Shown here one piece after another: positions 9,934-19,548 of a stretch of 64,000 nt of DNA (position 1 is the stretch's first letter; each line of letters starts with the position of its first letter). Under the pieces are notes generated by a model that did no database searches, was not told the origin of the DNA, and saw nothing but the letters and a program-made list of their open reading frames with translations. Made by a program: the position numbers and the translations under genes. Source of the DNA: Trueperaceae bacterium (GTDB lineage Bacteria; Deinococcota; Deinococci; Deinococcales; Trueperaceae); assembly GCA_965215565.1 (NCBI GenBank), contig CBDCDZ010000004.1, positions 1,696,001 to 1,760,000 on the forward strand, read 5' to 3'.

Positions 9934-11181
9934 ATGACTGATATTCACATGCAAACCCTCCCCAACGGCTTGACCTTGGTCGCCGAGCCGATGCCCTGGC
10001 TTCCATCGGCGAGTTTTAACCTCTTGATGCCGGTGGGCGCGGCGGGCGATCCTGAGGGGCGCGAGGGTAGTGCGACGGTGCTCAACGATTGGCTTTACAG
10101 GGGCGCGGGCGAACGCGGCTCGCGCGAATTTTCGGACGCTTTGGACGACTTAGGCGTGCGGCGCGGCGGCGGTGCGGGCACGGAGTACGCGACGCTCTCC
10201 GCCTCGCTCTTAGCGGACACGCTCCCCGAGACTTTGAAGCTTTACGCCGACATGGTGCGCCGCCCGAAGTTAGAGGACGAGACCTTTGAGTCGGCGCGGA
10301 CCTTAGCGCTGCAAGAGTTGTGGTCACTGGACGACAATCCCACGCAGCGCCTCTTTATCGCCCTATCGAAAGCGTATTTTGCGTCAGGGCAGGGGCGGAG
10401 CGCTTACGGGACGGAAGAAGGGCTCAAGAACTTGAGCGCCGAGAGCGTACGCCAGGATTACGAACGCCGCGTCATACCCAAGGGTGCGATTCTAAGCGTA
10501 GCGGGCGGTGTTAAGTGGGACCATCTTTTGTCGCAAGTGCAGGAGACGTTTGGCGACTGGCAGGGTGAGGGCGAAACCCTACCCGAAGCGGAACTCGCGC
10601 CGCAACATTCCGAACATATCGAAGCGGACACCTCGCAGACGCAGATCGGCGTGGCCTTCGCGGGCGTCGCGCCGGGCTCAAAGGACTGGTACAAGCACGC
10701 GCTCTCGACGGGCGTGCTGAGCGGAGGGATGGGCTCGCGTCTCTTCAGTGAGGTGCGCGAAAAGCGAGGCCTAGTCTACAGCGTGGCGGCCGTCAACCGC
10801 GCGGTGCGGGGCTTCGGCTACACCTTGGGCTACGCGGGCACGACGCCCGAACGCGCCGACGAAACGTTGCGCGTCCTTTTAGGTGAGCTTTCCAAACTCC
10901 GCAAGGGCGTCTCCGAGGACGAGTTGGAGCGCTCGCGCAGCGGGCTCTTGTCCAGCCTCGTCATGCAGGGCGAGTCGAGCGGCGCGCGGGCTTCAGCGCT
11001 GGCAAGGGACACCTTCCTCTTGGGCGAACCGCGCCCCATAAGCGACGTGAAAGAGGGCGTACAAAGGACCTCTTTGGACGAGGTCAACCTCTTCCTAAGC
11101 GAACGCCCCGAACCTGAATTCACCGTCCTAACGCTCGGACCTAAAGCCGTAAAATCCAATTCCGAGGAGGTATCCGCGTGA
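9934..11181 (+). CDS. M16 family peptidase, non-catalytic subunit
   Basis: TLPNGL start, SRLFSEVREKRGLVYSV; no HxxEH motif; TATACT 6 nt before ATG. Confidence 0.9.
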   Translation: MTDIHMQTLPNGLTLVAEPMPWLPSASFNLLMPVGAAGDPEGREGSATVLNDWLYRGAGERGSREFSDALDDLGVRRGGGAGTEYATLSASLLADTLPETLKLYADMVRRPKLEDETFESARTLALQELWSLDDNPTQRLFIALSKAYFASGQGRSAYGTEEGLKNLSAESVRQDYERRVIPKGAILSVAGGVKWDHLLSQVQETFGDWQGEGETLPEAELAPQHSEHIEADTSQTQIGVAFAGVAPGSKDWYKHALSTGVLSGGMGSRLFSEVREKRGLVYSVAAVNRAVRGFGYTLGYAGTTPERADETLRVLLGELSKLRKGVSEDELERSRSGLLSSLVMQGESSGARASALARDTFLLGEPRPISDVKEGVQRTSLDEVNLFLSERPEPEFTVLTLGPKAVKSNSEEVSA

Positions 11182-12407
11182 GCTTGACCTTTCAAAAAAC
11201 CACGCTAGACAATGGGCTCACTATCGTCGGCGAGCACAACGCGCGGGCGCAATCCTTCGCGGCAGGCTACTTCGTCAAGACAGGCTCGCGTGACGAGACC
11301 GAAGAGGTCGCGGGCGTCTCGCACTTTTTGGAGCACATGATGTTTAAGGGTACCAATAAGCGCAGCCCCGCCGACATCAACCGCGAATTCGACGAACTCG
11401 GCGCGAACTATAACGCCTATACGAGCGATGAGCGCACGGTCTACTACGGCGCGGTCTTACCTGAGCGAGCGCCCAAACTGCTCGACCTCCTCTCGGATAT
11501 GATGCGCCCCGCCCTGCGCCAAGAGGACTTCGACTTAGAGAAGAACGTCATTTTAGAAGAGATCGCCATGTACGAAGACCGCCCCGGCTTCAAGGTCTTC
11601 GAGGAGGGCAATGCGCGCTACTACAACGGGCACCCGCTGGGCAACTCCGTTTTGGGCTCGGCGGACTCGATTCGCGCGCTGGAGCGTGAGCAGATGCTCC
11701 GCTACTTCGAGGCGCGCTACGCGGCGGACAACCTCATCTTGAGCGTGGCGGGCAGCTACGACTGGGACACGCTCGTCGCGCAGATCGGCGAGCTGACCAG
11801 CAACTGGCAGCCGAGCAACCCAACGCGGGCGCACCCCGAGCTAGAGCCCAATACTGAGAACGTCACCTTGAAGAACGCCCGCTTAAAGCGCGTCCACGTG
11901 GCGAGTTACGCGCCCGGCGTGAGCGCTCAAGACGAACTGCGCTACGCGGCGAGCATCTTAGCAAACTGTATCGGCGACTCGAGCGGCTCCCGGCTCTATT
12001 GGTCCTTAGTGGACAACGGCTTAGCCGAGAGCGCCAGCCTCTCACACGACAGCGCGGACGGCGCGGGCGTCTTTATCGGCTACCTCTCGACAGGACCGGG
12101 TGAGTTAGACAAGGTCCTGAAGATTTACAGAAACGTCCTACAGGAGGTGCAGCAAGGGGGCGTGAGCGAAGACGAGTGGAGCCGGGCGCAGCGCAAACTC
12201 GCCACCGGGCTCACCCTGCGCGGCGAAACCCCCTTTGGGCGGCTTATGTCGCTGGGCTCGAGCTACCAGTATTTGGGCGAATACAAGTCCGTGCAGGACG
12301 TGGTGGACACCATCTTGAACACGACCACCGAAGACGCGAAGAAGATTTTGGAGCGTAAGCCTTTCGACAACCTCTTTACGCTCACCCTGAAGCCGGAGCA
12401 GAACTGA
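11178..12407 (+). CDS. M16 family zinc peptidase, catalytic subunit
   Basis: HFLEHMMFKGT, NAYTS, EKNVILEE. Confidence 0.95.
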   Translation: MSLTFQKTTLDNGLTIVGEHNARAQSFAAGYFVKTGSRDETEEVAGVSHFLEHMMFKGTNKRSPADINREFDELGANYNAYTSDERTVYYGAVLPERAPKLLDLLSDMMRPALRQEDFDLEKNVILEEIAMYEDRPGFKVFEEGNARYYNGHPLGNSVLGSADSIRALEREQMLRYFEARYAADNLILSVAGSYDWDTLVAQIGELTSNWQPSNPTRAHPELEPNTENVTLKNARLKRVHVASYAPGVSAQDELRYAASILANCIGDSSGSRLYWSLVDNGLAESASLSHDSADGAGVFIGYLSTGPGELDKVLKIYRNVLQEVQQGGVSEDEWSRAQRKLATGLTLRGETPFGRLMSLGSSYQYLGEYKSVQDVVDTILNTTTEDAKKILERKPFDNLFTLTLKPEQN

Positions 12408-12464
12408 ATTCGTAAGAACTTAATCTCCGCTGCGTCGTCCGCATTCGTAAGCCAGCGGCGCTTT

Positions 12465-12493
12465 GTAGGGGCAGGTTTGAAACCTGCCCCTAC
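12465..12493. repeat. GTAG-class REP (type A)
   Basis: gtaggggcaggtttgaaacctgcccctac palindrome. Confidence 0.85.
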
Positions 12494-12531
12494 ACGTTAC
12501 GGCACTCTCTTTACCCGTCAGCAGCGCTGAT

Positions 12532-12763
12532 GTAGGGGGAATTCATTAGCAGGTATCATCTGGTCTGAGTGTACGTAAGTTTTGCGAAGCAACACCCTCA
12601 CTGTAGAAAGCACTGTTTCCTTCGGAAAACTTCGTAATTCGCCTTGCGAAAACTCCGTAATTAGCACGCACGTTGTGAGGTGATACCTTTGGCGTTGCCA
12701 AAACTTCCGTAAGCGGCACTCTGTCTCAATATGTTTTGGAAGTGCTACATGAATTCCCCCTAC
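12532..12763. repeat. GTAG-class REP (type B) split by a MITE insertion
   Basis: gtagggggaattCAT[MITE]CATgaattccccctac. Confidence 0.85.
12547..12747 (+). mobile_element. TAGCAG-family MITE, 201 bp
   Basis: tagcaggtatcatc...ttggaagtgcta, flanked by CAT/CAT; 2 mismatches versus copy at 50395. Confidence 0.9.
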
Positions 12764-12884
12764 GCCGTCCACTTACAAAACTTCGGTGAGACCTGCGTTA
12801 GTCCTCCCTAAAGGTTTCGTGGCGCGTCCTTGCAGAGAGGTTTACATCTTGGGTGAGGCGGCCATGATATATTAAATAGAGCAC

Positions 12885-15098
12885 ATGAACGCCCTCTTCG
12901 AACCCCTCCAAGCCAAAACGAGCTACTTAGACGGAAGTGCGCAGGCGCAACTCGCCGACGCCTATGCGTTGGCGGAGCGTGCCCATAGCGGCATGATGCG
13001 TAAGTCTGGCGAGCCCTTCATCGCGCACCCCGTCGCCGTCACCGAACTCTTGGCCGAGATGTACCTAGACGCGGACGCGCTCATCGCAGGACTGTTACAC
13101 GACACGGTGGAAGACACCGACGTCACCTTTGAAGACATCGAGACGCGCTTCGGCTTAGGGGTGCGGCGCATCGTCGAGGGCGAGACGAAGATCAGCAAGC
13201 TCAAAGTGACCTCGGACAAAGGCTTCGAAGAGGAGCAAGCCGAGAACCTGCGGCAGATGCTTCTGGCGATGGTCTCGGACGTGCGCATCATCTTGGTCAA
13301 GCTCGCCGACAGGCTCCACAACATGCGCACGCTCCAGTACATGCCGCCCCACAAGCAGAAGCGCATCGCCCGTGAAACGTTGGAAATCTTCGCGCCTTTA
13401 GCGCACCGCTTGGGCATCAATCACATCAAGAGCGAGCTAGAGGAGCTGTCGTTTTCGTACCTCGAGCCAGGCACCTACGACACCTTGCAGCGCCAGGTGC
13501 GGATGCGCCGCAACGAGCGTGAGGCGTATATCGGGCGCTCCATCGAACTTTTAGAGGAGCGCTTAGCGCAAGAGGGCTTAGCCTTTGAAGTTTCCGGGCG
13601 CAGCAAAGGGTTATACAGCGTCTACCGCAAGATGCAGCGCGACGGCAAAAACTTGGACCAAATCTTTGACCTCATGGCGATTCGCGCCATTATCATTCCC
13701 AAAAACGGTCCCTTCAGCGGCGAAGGCATGAGCGTCGAAGACCAGGAAAAGGCGGTCTGTTACCGCGCACTAGGCATCATTCACTCCATCTGGACGCCCA
13801 TACCAGGGCGCTTTAAGGACTACGTCGCGGTGCCCAAACACAACGGCTACCAGTCGCTGCACACCACCGTCATCGGTCTGCAGGGGCAGCCCATCGAGGT
13901 GCAGATTCGCACCCAGCGGATGCACGAGGTGGCTGAATACGGTGTGGCGGCGCACTGGGCGTACAAGCAGGGGCTCAGCGACGTGCAAGAGGTCGAGAAG
14001 CGCCTCGAGTGGATGAAGCAACTTTTAGACGTGGACAGCTCCGAGGAGAGCGCGGGCGCGTTTATCGACACCGTCAAGAGCGACTTCTTGAGCGAGCGCG
14101 TGCTGGTCTTTACACCTGCGGGCGACGTGATGAATCTGCCCTTGGGTTCGACGCCCATCGACTTCGCTTACCAGGTCCACACGCAAGTCGGACACCGCTG
14201 TATCGGCGCGCGGGTCAACGGCGAGATCGTGCCGCTGAATTACACCCTTAAAACGGGTGACAGAGTCGAAATCCTGACGAACCGGAGCGCCCAGTACGGT
14301 CCCTCGGCGGACTGGCTCAATATCGCCGTGACGCGGAGCGCCAAGCAGAAGATTCGCCAGTACGCGCGCCAGCAGGAACGCCAAGACGTTTTGGACGCTA
14401 GCCGCCGCACCTTGGAGCGCGCCCTGCGCCGCCGCCACCTCGCGGCGGCGCAGCACATGGCGAAGGGCAAGCTCGAGGCGGCAGCAAAAACGCTCCTCAG
14501 AGCTGACTCCAGCGACGAACTCCTCTTAGCCCTAAGCGCCAAGCGCGTCAGCACAAAGCAGATCATCGAGGTTTTAGCGCCCGAAACCATTAAGAAAGTC
14601 GCCGACACCAAAGCGCCGCCTGCCACCCCCAAACGCGGCACGGGCGGCATCTATATCGACGGATTGGACGCGCCCGCTAAGCTCGCGCAGTGCTGCAGCC
14701 CCGTGCGCGGCGACGACGTGGTGGGCTATATCACGCGCGGGCGCGGCGTCTCGGTGCACCGCTGCAACTGCCCGAACATCAAACACCTCTTGCGCACCGA
14801 AGGCGAGCGCTTGGTGGGCGTCACCTGGGACGCGCCCTCGGGCGAGGTCTACCCCGTGGACTTCGAGATCGTCGGCGTGGACCGCCCCGGCTTGCTCATG
14901 GATATCCTGGACGTTATTGCCAACATGAACAAGTCCGCCTCGCGCGTCTCCGCCGACGTGCAGAGCAGCGCGAACGCCCGCATTCACTTCCGGGTGGACG
15001 TGCGTGACCAGGGTGAGATCAACTTCATCAAGGACAACGTTTCGCGCATCAGCGATGTGAAGCGAATTTACAGGACGAAGCCGGGGCTTAAAGCGTAG
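12885..15098 (+). CDS. rel: bifunctional (p)ppGpp synthetase/hydrolase
   Basis: HD domain LLHDTVED, KLADRLHNMRTL, GRFKDY, YQSLHT, TGS, ZFD and ACT domains. Confidence 0.97.
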   Translation: MNALFEPLQAKTSYLDGSAQAQLADAYALAERAHSGMMRKSGEPFIAHPVAVTELLAEMYLDADALIAGLLHDTVEDTDVTFEDIETRFGLGVRRIVEGETKISKLKVTSDKGFEEEQAENLRQMLLAMVSDVRIILVKLADRLHNMRTLQYMPPHKQKRIARETLEIFAPLAHRLGINHIKSELEELSFSYLEPGTYDTLQRQVRMRRNEREAYIGRSIELLEERLAQEGLAFEVSGRSKGLYSVYRKMQRDGKNLDQIFDLMAIRAIIIPKNGPFSGEGMSVEDQEKAVCYRALGIIHSIWTPIPGRFKDYVAVPKHNGYQSLHTTVIGLQGQPIEVQIRTQRMHEVAEYGVAAHWAYKQGLSDVQEVEKRLEWMKQLLDVDSSEESAGAFIDTVKSDFLSERVLVFTPAGDVMNLPLGSTPIDFAYQVHTQVGHRCIGARVNGEIVPLNYTLKTGDRVEILTNRSAQYGPSADWLNIAVTRSAKQKIRQYARQQERQDVLDASRRTLERALRRRHLAAAQHMAKGKLEAAAKTLLRADSSDELLLALSAKRVSTKQIIEVLAPETIKKVADTKAPPATPKRGTGGIYIDGLDAPAKLAQCCSPVRGDDVVGYITRGRGVSVHRCNCPNIKHLLRTEGERLVGVTWDAPSGEVYPVDFEIVGVDRPGLLMDILDVIANMNKSASRVSADVQSSANARIHFRVDVRDQGEINFIKDNVSRISDVKRIYRTKPGLKA

Positions 15099-15105
15099 CG
15101 GGTAT

Positions 15106-15206
15106 TAGCAGGTCAAGGATGCTCCCACTTACAAGAGCGGCCGACGAGTACCTACGTTCAGAGATGATTCTTGCGCAATCCAAGCTAGCGATTCCAGATA
15201 AGGCTA
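15106..15206 (+). mobile_element. degenerate TAGCAG-family MITE
   Basis: tagcagg...acgttcagagatgattcttgcgc aligns to the core acgttctgagatgatatctgcgc. Confidence 0.5.
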
Positions 15207-15791
15207 TCCGCGAAACCGCGCCGTCACCCAGTCTTTCACGTCCGCGTCCGCCGCAAGTTTTCCGACTTCGTGGTCCCTGAGAAACCGAGAGAAGTCGCGC
15301 CCGATGCGGTTCGCCGCGAGGTCCGCCGCCGTGTCGCCGCTCGGGTCATTGCGCCAAGGCACATCGTAGCCTACGGCTCGAGCCGTCCAGTCCACGAGCA
15401 GCGGCGGATAATATTCAGCAGCAGCGGCGTTCATCGCAAAATGACGAAAGCGCCCGCCACCGGGTTGCAACGTCGAATGAAAGTCCGCGCGGTCTGCCTT
15501 GCCGTCCGCAACCGTCTCCGTCAAAACAGCCGGAGAGGTCATCACCAAACGCTTGAAGAGGGCGAAGCGCTCCGATACGAAGAGGTCGACGAGGTCGTCC
15601 AGCACGGCGCGGCGGAGCGTGCGCTCCTCCGGTTTGGTCCAGACGGATTCGAGATAGACCGTCTCTACAACCTGCTGCACCAACATCCCGAAGCGCACCG
15701 CACCACCCAAAGAGGTGTCCGCTTGCAGTTGTGACCACTGCGCCAAATATCCTGGACGGCGGCTGAGGTGTTGCTGCTTAGAAGAGGTCAT
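15204..15791 (-). CDS. hypothetical protein
   Basis: ATG overlaps the stop of the upstream sulfotransferase-like gene (ATGA). Confidence 0.65.
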   Translation of the reverse strand: MTSSKQQHLSRRPGYLAQWSQLQADTSLGGAVRFGMLVQQVVETVYLESVWTKPEERTLRRAVLDDLVDLFVSERFALFKRLVMTSPAVLTETVADGKADRADFHSTLQPGGGRFRHFAMNAAAAEYYPPLLVDWTARAVGYDVPWRNDPSGDTAADLAANRIGRDFSRFLRDHEVGKLAADADVKDWVTARFRG

Positions 15792-16543
15792 GGGTTCGCG
15801 CGAATGGTGTAGGCGGAGAGGCGTTCGTAGTAGGTGAGGCACTCCTCTAAAAGAGGCTCTAGCCGCTCAGGAAACGGCTCGTCTTTGGGGCGGTACGGCG
15901 CAAACGAGGTCGAGGCGTGGACGCCCGCGTACCAGTACTTCGCCCACACACCGTCCTCGGGTTTGGGACCGGCGGGCCAAGAGAGCACCGCCGCTTCAAA
16001 CGGTAGCTCGAGCCGCTCACAGACCTCTCCAAGTACACCTTTTGGGTTGAGCAAGACCTCTTTGGCGTCCAGTACGATGGGGGTTTTGCCTTGCCCTAAG
16101 ATAATGTCGAGCAGTTCCCCTTGTTCTCTAAGACCCGTGTCCCTAAGCGTCGGCTGCGGAAGCTGGTTGATGAGCGAGAGGAGCATCTCTCTAGGATGCC
16201 GCGTCAGCAAGAGGTTCGTCACCTGGTTTAGAAAGTCGCGGTTTAAGTCCGTGAGGTGATGCGCCATGTTCTTATAGAAGCGCACGTTTTTGTCACACGG
16301 ACCCAAGAGAATGTCGCGCACGACGTGCTCGCCGTCCGTATCCATCGTCCTTAAAACCTCTTTCTCGCCGGGATGCACCGCGTCCGTCACGTGCAAATAG
16401 TGACCGTACAGCGGTTCGTCGAAGACGCGCGTGTCGGAGCGCTGGCGGAAGCTGTACATGAGCGCCGTGGAGATGTTGCGCGGTCCTGACCACATGGAAA
16501 GGCGCAGGCAGTCTGTATTGAGATCGGTATCAGCTCGAGACAC
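15788..16543 (-). CDS. sulfotransferase-like (P-loop) protein
   Basis: MWSGPRNISTALMYSF, DEPLY, KNMAHH, DGVWAKYWY. Confidence 0.88.
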   Translation of the reverse strand: MSRADTDLNTDCLRLSMWSGPRNISTALMYSFRQRSDTRVFDEPLYGHYLHVTDAVHPGEKEVLRTMDTDGEHVVRDILLGPCDKNVRFYKNMAHHLTDLNRDFLNQVTNLLLTRHPREMLLSLINQLPQPTLRDTGLREQGELLDIILGQGKTPIVLDAKEVLLNPKGVLGEVCERLELPFEAAVLSWPAGPKPEDGVWAKYWYAGVHASTSFAPYRPKDEPFPERLEPLLEECLTYYERLSAYTIRANP

Positions 16544-17471
16544 GGTTCACGACCTCTTGATAAAGCCTCGAGAGTTGTTCCGTCACTTCACCAGACTCGC
16601 CCGTCCCAATCACGCGCCCGTCCACCGCTATGACGGGGGTAAGGTTGCCGAACGTCCCCGTCACAAACGCTTCGTCGGCGCTGTATACGTCAGTCAGAGA
16701 GAAGTCGCGCTCATGCGCAGGCATACCGTTCGCCGCGCAAAGCTCCAACACGAGCCGCCGCGTAATCCCGTTCAGACAGTGCTGCCCCGAAGAGGTCCAG
16801 ACCTCTTTTTCTTCTCCAGCTTGACCCCTCGTCACGATAAAGAAGTTCGTGGCGTTGCACGTCGCAACAAAGCCGTGCACGTCCAGCATGAGCGCCTCGT
16901 CTGCGCCCGCTTTCAAGGCTTGAATGAGCGCGATGACCTCATGGAGTTTGCTATGGCAGTTGAGCTTCGCGTCGAGGATTTGCGGCGGCGGTCTGCGCAC
17001 CGAAGAGGTGAAGAGGCGAATTCCCTGGCGCTTCACCTCGGGATTCGCCACCTTGTGCTCCGCGATGATGACGATATTCGGTTTCGATACCGTCAAACGC
17101 GGGTCTTGCGCCGGGGTCTTTTTGTTGCCGCGCGTGACCATGAGGCGCATGTGCACGTCTGTGGTCATCGCGTTACGCCGCGCGGTTTCGTGCAGCGCGT
17201 CGGTGAGTTCGGCTCGAGACTTCCCAATATCTAAATCAATCGCCTTCGCCCCTTGAAAAAGTCTGTCCAAGTGACGTTCTAGAAAGGCGAATTCGCCGCC
17301 GTGAAGCCTGACGCCTTCCCACACCCCGTCGCCGACTAAATACCCGCTGTCGAACACGGAAATCTTCGCCTCGTCCCGGTGATAAAATTCGCCGTTGATG
17401 TAGACCAGGACGTCGTCGTTGCGGCTGTCCGCTAAAGCTTCGTGCGTGCCTCTGCGCGTTTGTTCAACCAT
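16530..17471 (-). CDS. class IV (BCAT-like) aminotransferase
   Basis: ISVFDSGYLVGDGVWEG, HLDRL, LNGITR, ADEAFVTGT. Confidence 0.92.
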   Translation of the reverse strand: MVEQTRRGTHEALADSRNDDVLVYINGEFYHRDEAKISVFDSGYLVGDGVWEGVRLHGGEFAFLERHLDRLFQGAKAIDLDIGKSRAELTDALHETARRNAMTTDVHMRLMVTRGNKKTPAQDPRLTVSKPNIVIIAEHKVANPEVKRQGIRLFTSSVRRPPPQILDAKLNCHSKLHEVIALIQALKAGADEALMLDVHGFVATCNATNFFIVTRGQAGEEKEVWTSSGQHCLNGITRRLVLELCAANGMPAHERDFSLTDVYSADEAFVTGTFGNLTPVIAVDGRVIGTGESGEVTEQLSRLYQEVVNRVSS

Positions 17472-17495
17472 GCGCACCTCCAGACTAGTGAGTTA

Positions 17496-17697
17496 TAGCA
17501 CTTCCAAAGTATACTGAGACGGATGAGCACAAGCCTCTGTCCACAAGGACTAGCGGGATTTCATCACAATCAAGTGCGTGCTAATTGCGGAGTTTTCCGA
17601 TTACGAAGTTTCCCGCAGGGAAGGAAACAGTATTCTTTACGGTGAGAGGATCTCTGACCAGCTCCGAGCTTTGCGAGACAGACTTTGATACTTGCTA
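17496..17697 (-). mobile_element. TAGCAG-family MITE, reverse orientation, with nested inserts
   Basis: tagcacttccaa...gatacttgcta, flanked by TTA/TTA. Confidence 0.88.
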
Positions 17698-17790
17698 TTA
17701 AAGCACGAACCTCGAGCGGCGCGAGGGACGAGCAGAGTCTCGCGCCCTACATTACGGTCAGCTCCGCCGCCCAGGTGATATCTTCTCGTC

Positions 17791-18786
17791 ATGGACCTAC
17801 TCGTGCTGGGCGGCGGCGGTTTTCTCGGGTATCACGTGGTGGCGGAGGCGACTTCGGCGGGACACAACGTCACGACGTTCAACCGCGAAGGGAAGAGCGA
17901 GCTTGACGGCGCTGAGGCGCTGCAAGGGGACCGCACGGGCGACCTCTCGGCGCTGGAAGGGCGCACCTGGGACGCCGTACTCGATACCTTTAGCGACCCG
18001 GACGCGGTCACGCGCACCGCGAAACTTCTGTCTGACCAAGTGGGCGCGTACGGCTACATCTCGGGCGTCAGCAACTACCACCCGGACGGACCCGACGTGG
18101 TGGACGAGGACGCGCCGTTAAGACGCGACGACGGACGAGATGACCCCTTACAAGCGCGCAGCCTGAAGAAGCTGGCGTGCGAAAGGACGCTCGAGCAACA
18201 TTTCAGCGGAGACCTGCTCGTCGCGCGAGTCGGCATCATGGTAGGTCCGAGGGACCCCACCGACCGCTTCACCTGGTGGCCTGTGCGCTTTCTCCGGGCA
18301 CTCCGAGAGGGACAGACGCGCGTCCTCGCGCCCGGCGATCCGCGCCGCACGGTGCAGTTCACGGACGCGCGCGACCTAGCCGCTTGGCTCGTGCGCTCAC
18401 TCGGCGAGTCGCTCGCGGGCACGTACAACACCGTCGGACCGGGACGAGAAGAGCGCCTAGAGGACGTCTTGAGCGCTTGCTTAAAAGCAGCACAGGACGT
18501 TGCCGGTGCCTCCGGTGACGCCGAACTCGTCTGGGCGGAAGACGCTTTTTTGCGAGACCAGTTAGGGAACGTCGAGGAGGAGGCGCGGCCCCTCTGGTTC
18601 CCGGAGGACCAGATACCTTTTAGAGAGGTGGACAGCGCAAAGGCGTTGGCGCACGGTCTGCACTTCCGCTCAACTTACGACACGGCGAAAGAGACGCTGC
18701 GCTGGCGGCTCGAGCAAGGTAACGAACTCCAGGCGGGTTTCAGCCCCGAGTTCGAGGCGCAGCTACTCAGCCGCGTGAACCGCTGA
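17791..18786 (+). CDS. NAD-dependent epimerase/dehydratase family protein
   Basis: LVLGGGGFLG, VGPRDPTDRFTWW, QFTDARDLA; TATCTT 6 nt before ATG. Confidence 0.88.
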   Translation: MDLLVLGGGGFLGYHVVAEATSAGHNVTTFNREGKSELDGAEALQGDRTGDLSALEGRTWDAVLDTFSDPDAVTRTAKLLSDQVGAYGYISGVSNYHPDGPDVVDEDAPLRRDDGRDDPLQARSLKKLACERTLEQHFSGDLLVARVGIMVGPRDPTDRFTWWPVRFLRALREGQTRVLAPGDPRRTVQFTDARDLAAWLVRSLGESLAGTYNTVGPGREERLEDVLSACLKAAQDVAGASGDAELVWAEDAFLRDQLGNVEEEARPLWFPEDQIPFREVDSAKALAHGLHFRSTYDTAKETLRWRLEQGNELQAGFSPEFEAQLLSRVNR

Positions 18787-18843
18787 GTTCGGTTGCGTCC
18801 TGGTCAAACGTCGACGCCTCACGCTGTACGCTATGCTAAGCAT

Positions 18844-19422
18844 ATGAAAATCTACACGAAAACAGGCGACAAAGGCATCACCGCACTCTATGGCGGCGAG
18901 CGCGTCTCCAAAGACGCGCGGCGCGTGAGCGCGTACGGCACCGTAGACGAGGCGAACGCGGCGTTGGGTCTAGCGCGGGCGCACCTCCGCGACGACACCC
19001 TCAGCGGCGAACTCGCCAAGTTACAAAACGCGCTGTTCGACTTAGGCGCAGACTTAGCCTCGCCGCACAGCTCGCGCTACCGCGAGAACATCGTCCCCAT
19101 CGACGAGGAGGACGTGGCGTACGTCGAGAGGCTCATCGACATGCTGGAAGAGGAGCTTTCGCCCCTGCAAAACTTCATCTTGCCGGGGGGACACCCAGCG
19201 GCGGCAGCGCTGCACGTCGCGAGGGGGGTGACGCGCCGCGCGGAGCGCAAAGTCGTCGAACTCATGCACGAGGCGGAGGTCAACGAACACGTCGGGGTGT
19301 ACCTCAACCGACTCTCGGATTTGCTCTTCGTCATGTCGCGGGTAGTGAACGCTCGCGAAGGCGTACCCGAAACGAAGTGGCACGTCAAAGGGCGCGAAAG
19401 ACCAGGACCCTCACAGGGGTAA
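18844..19422 (+). CDS. pduO: PduO-type cob(I)alamin adenosyltransferase
   Basis: MKIYTKTGDKG, AYGTVDEAN, FILPGG, RRAER, YLNRLSDLLF. Confidence 0.95.
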   Translation: MKIYTKTGDKGITALYGGERVSKDARRVSAYGTVDEANAALGLARAHLRDDTLSGELAKLQNALFDLGADLASPHSSRYRENIVPIDEEDVAYVERLIDMLEEELSPLQNFILPGGHPAAAALHVARGVTRRAERKVVELMHEAEVNEHVGVYLNRLSDLLFVMSRVVNAREGVPETKWHVKGRERPGPSQG

Positions 19423-19548
19423 AGTAAAAAGGTGTCCCGTTTTGTATCCGCGCATTTTGTGCTCAAACAGGGACCAAGTTACCCCTTTCATAGTTTAAGT
19501 ATAGCCCTATGCACAAAACGTGGTACACCGTTAGAAAAGAGGTAAGAG

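Noticed and set aside
12547..12747. Assignment of the MITE to IS630 (TA duplication)
   Set aside because: The REP-restoration test and four other copies show a variable 3-bp duplication outside the terminal TA, so the family is left unassigned
12518..12772. 84-aa ORF and the near-identical 66-aa ORF at 50367..50567
   Set aside because: Both are antisense readings through the 201-bp MITE; shorter copies do not preserve the frame
16431..17234. Long antisense ORFs (also 53306..54136, 31828..32256, 55783..56313 and others)
   Set aside because: Shadow frames of well-supported genes in GC-rich DNA, with no recognisable motifs
19423..19548. Cobalamin riboswitch before the BtuF-like genes
   Set aside because: Spacer is short and has no B12-box or GGGAA/GCCACTG signatures
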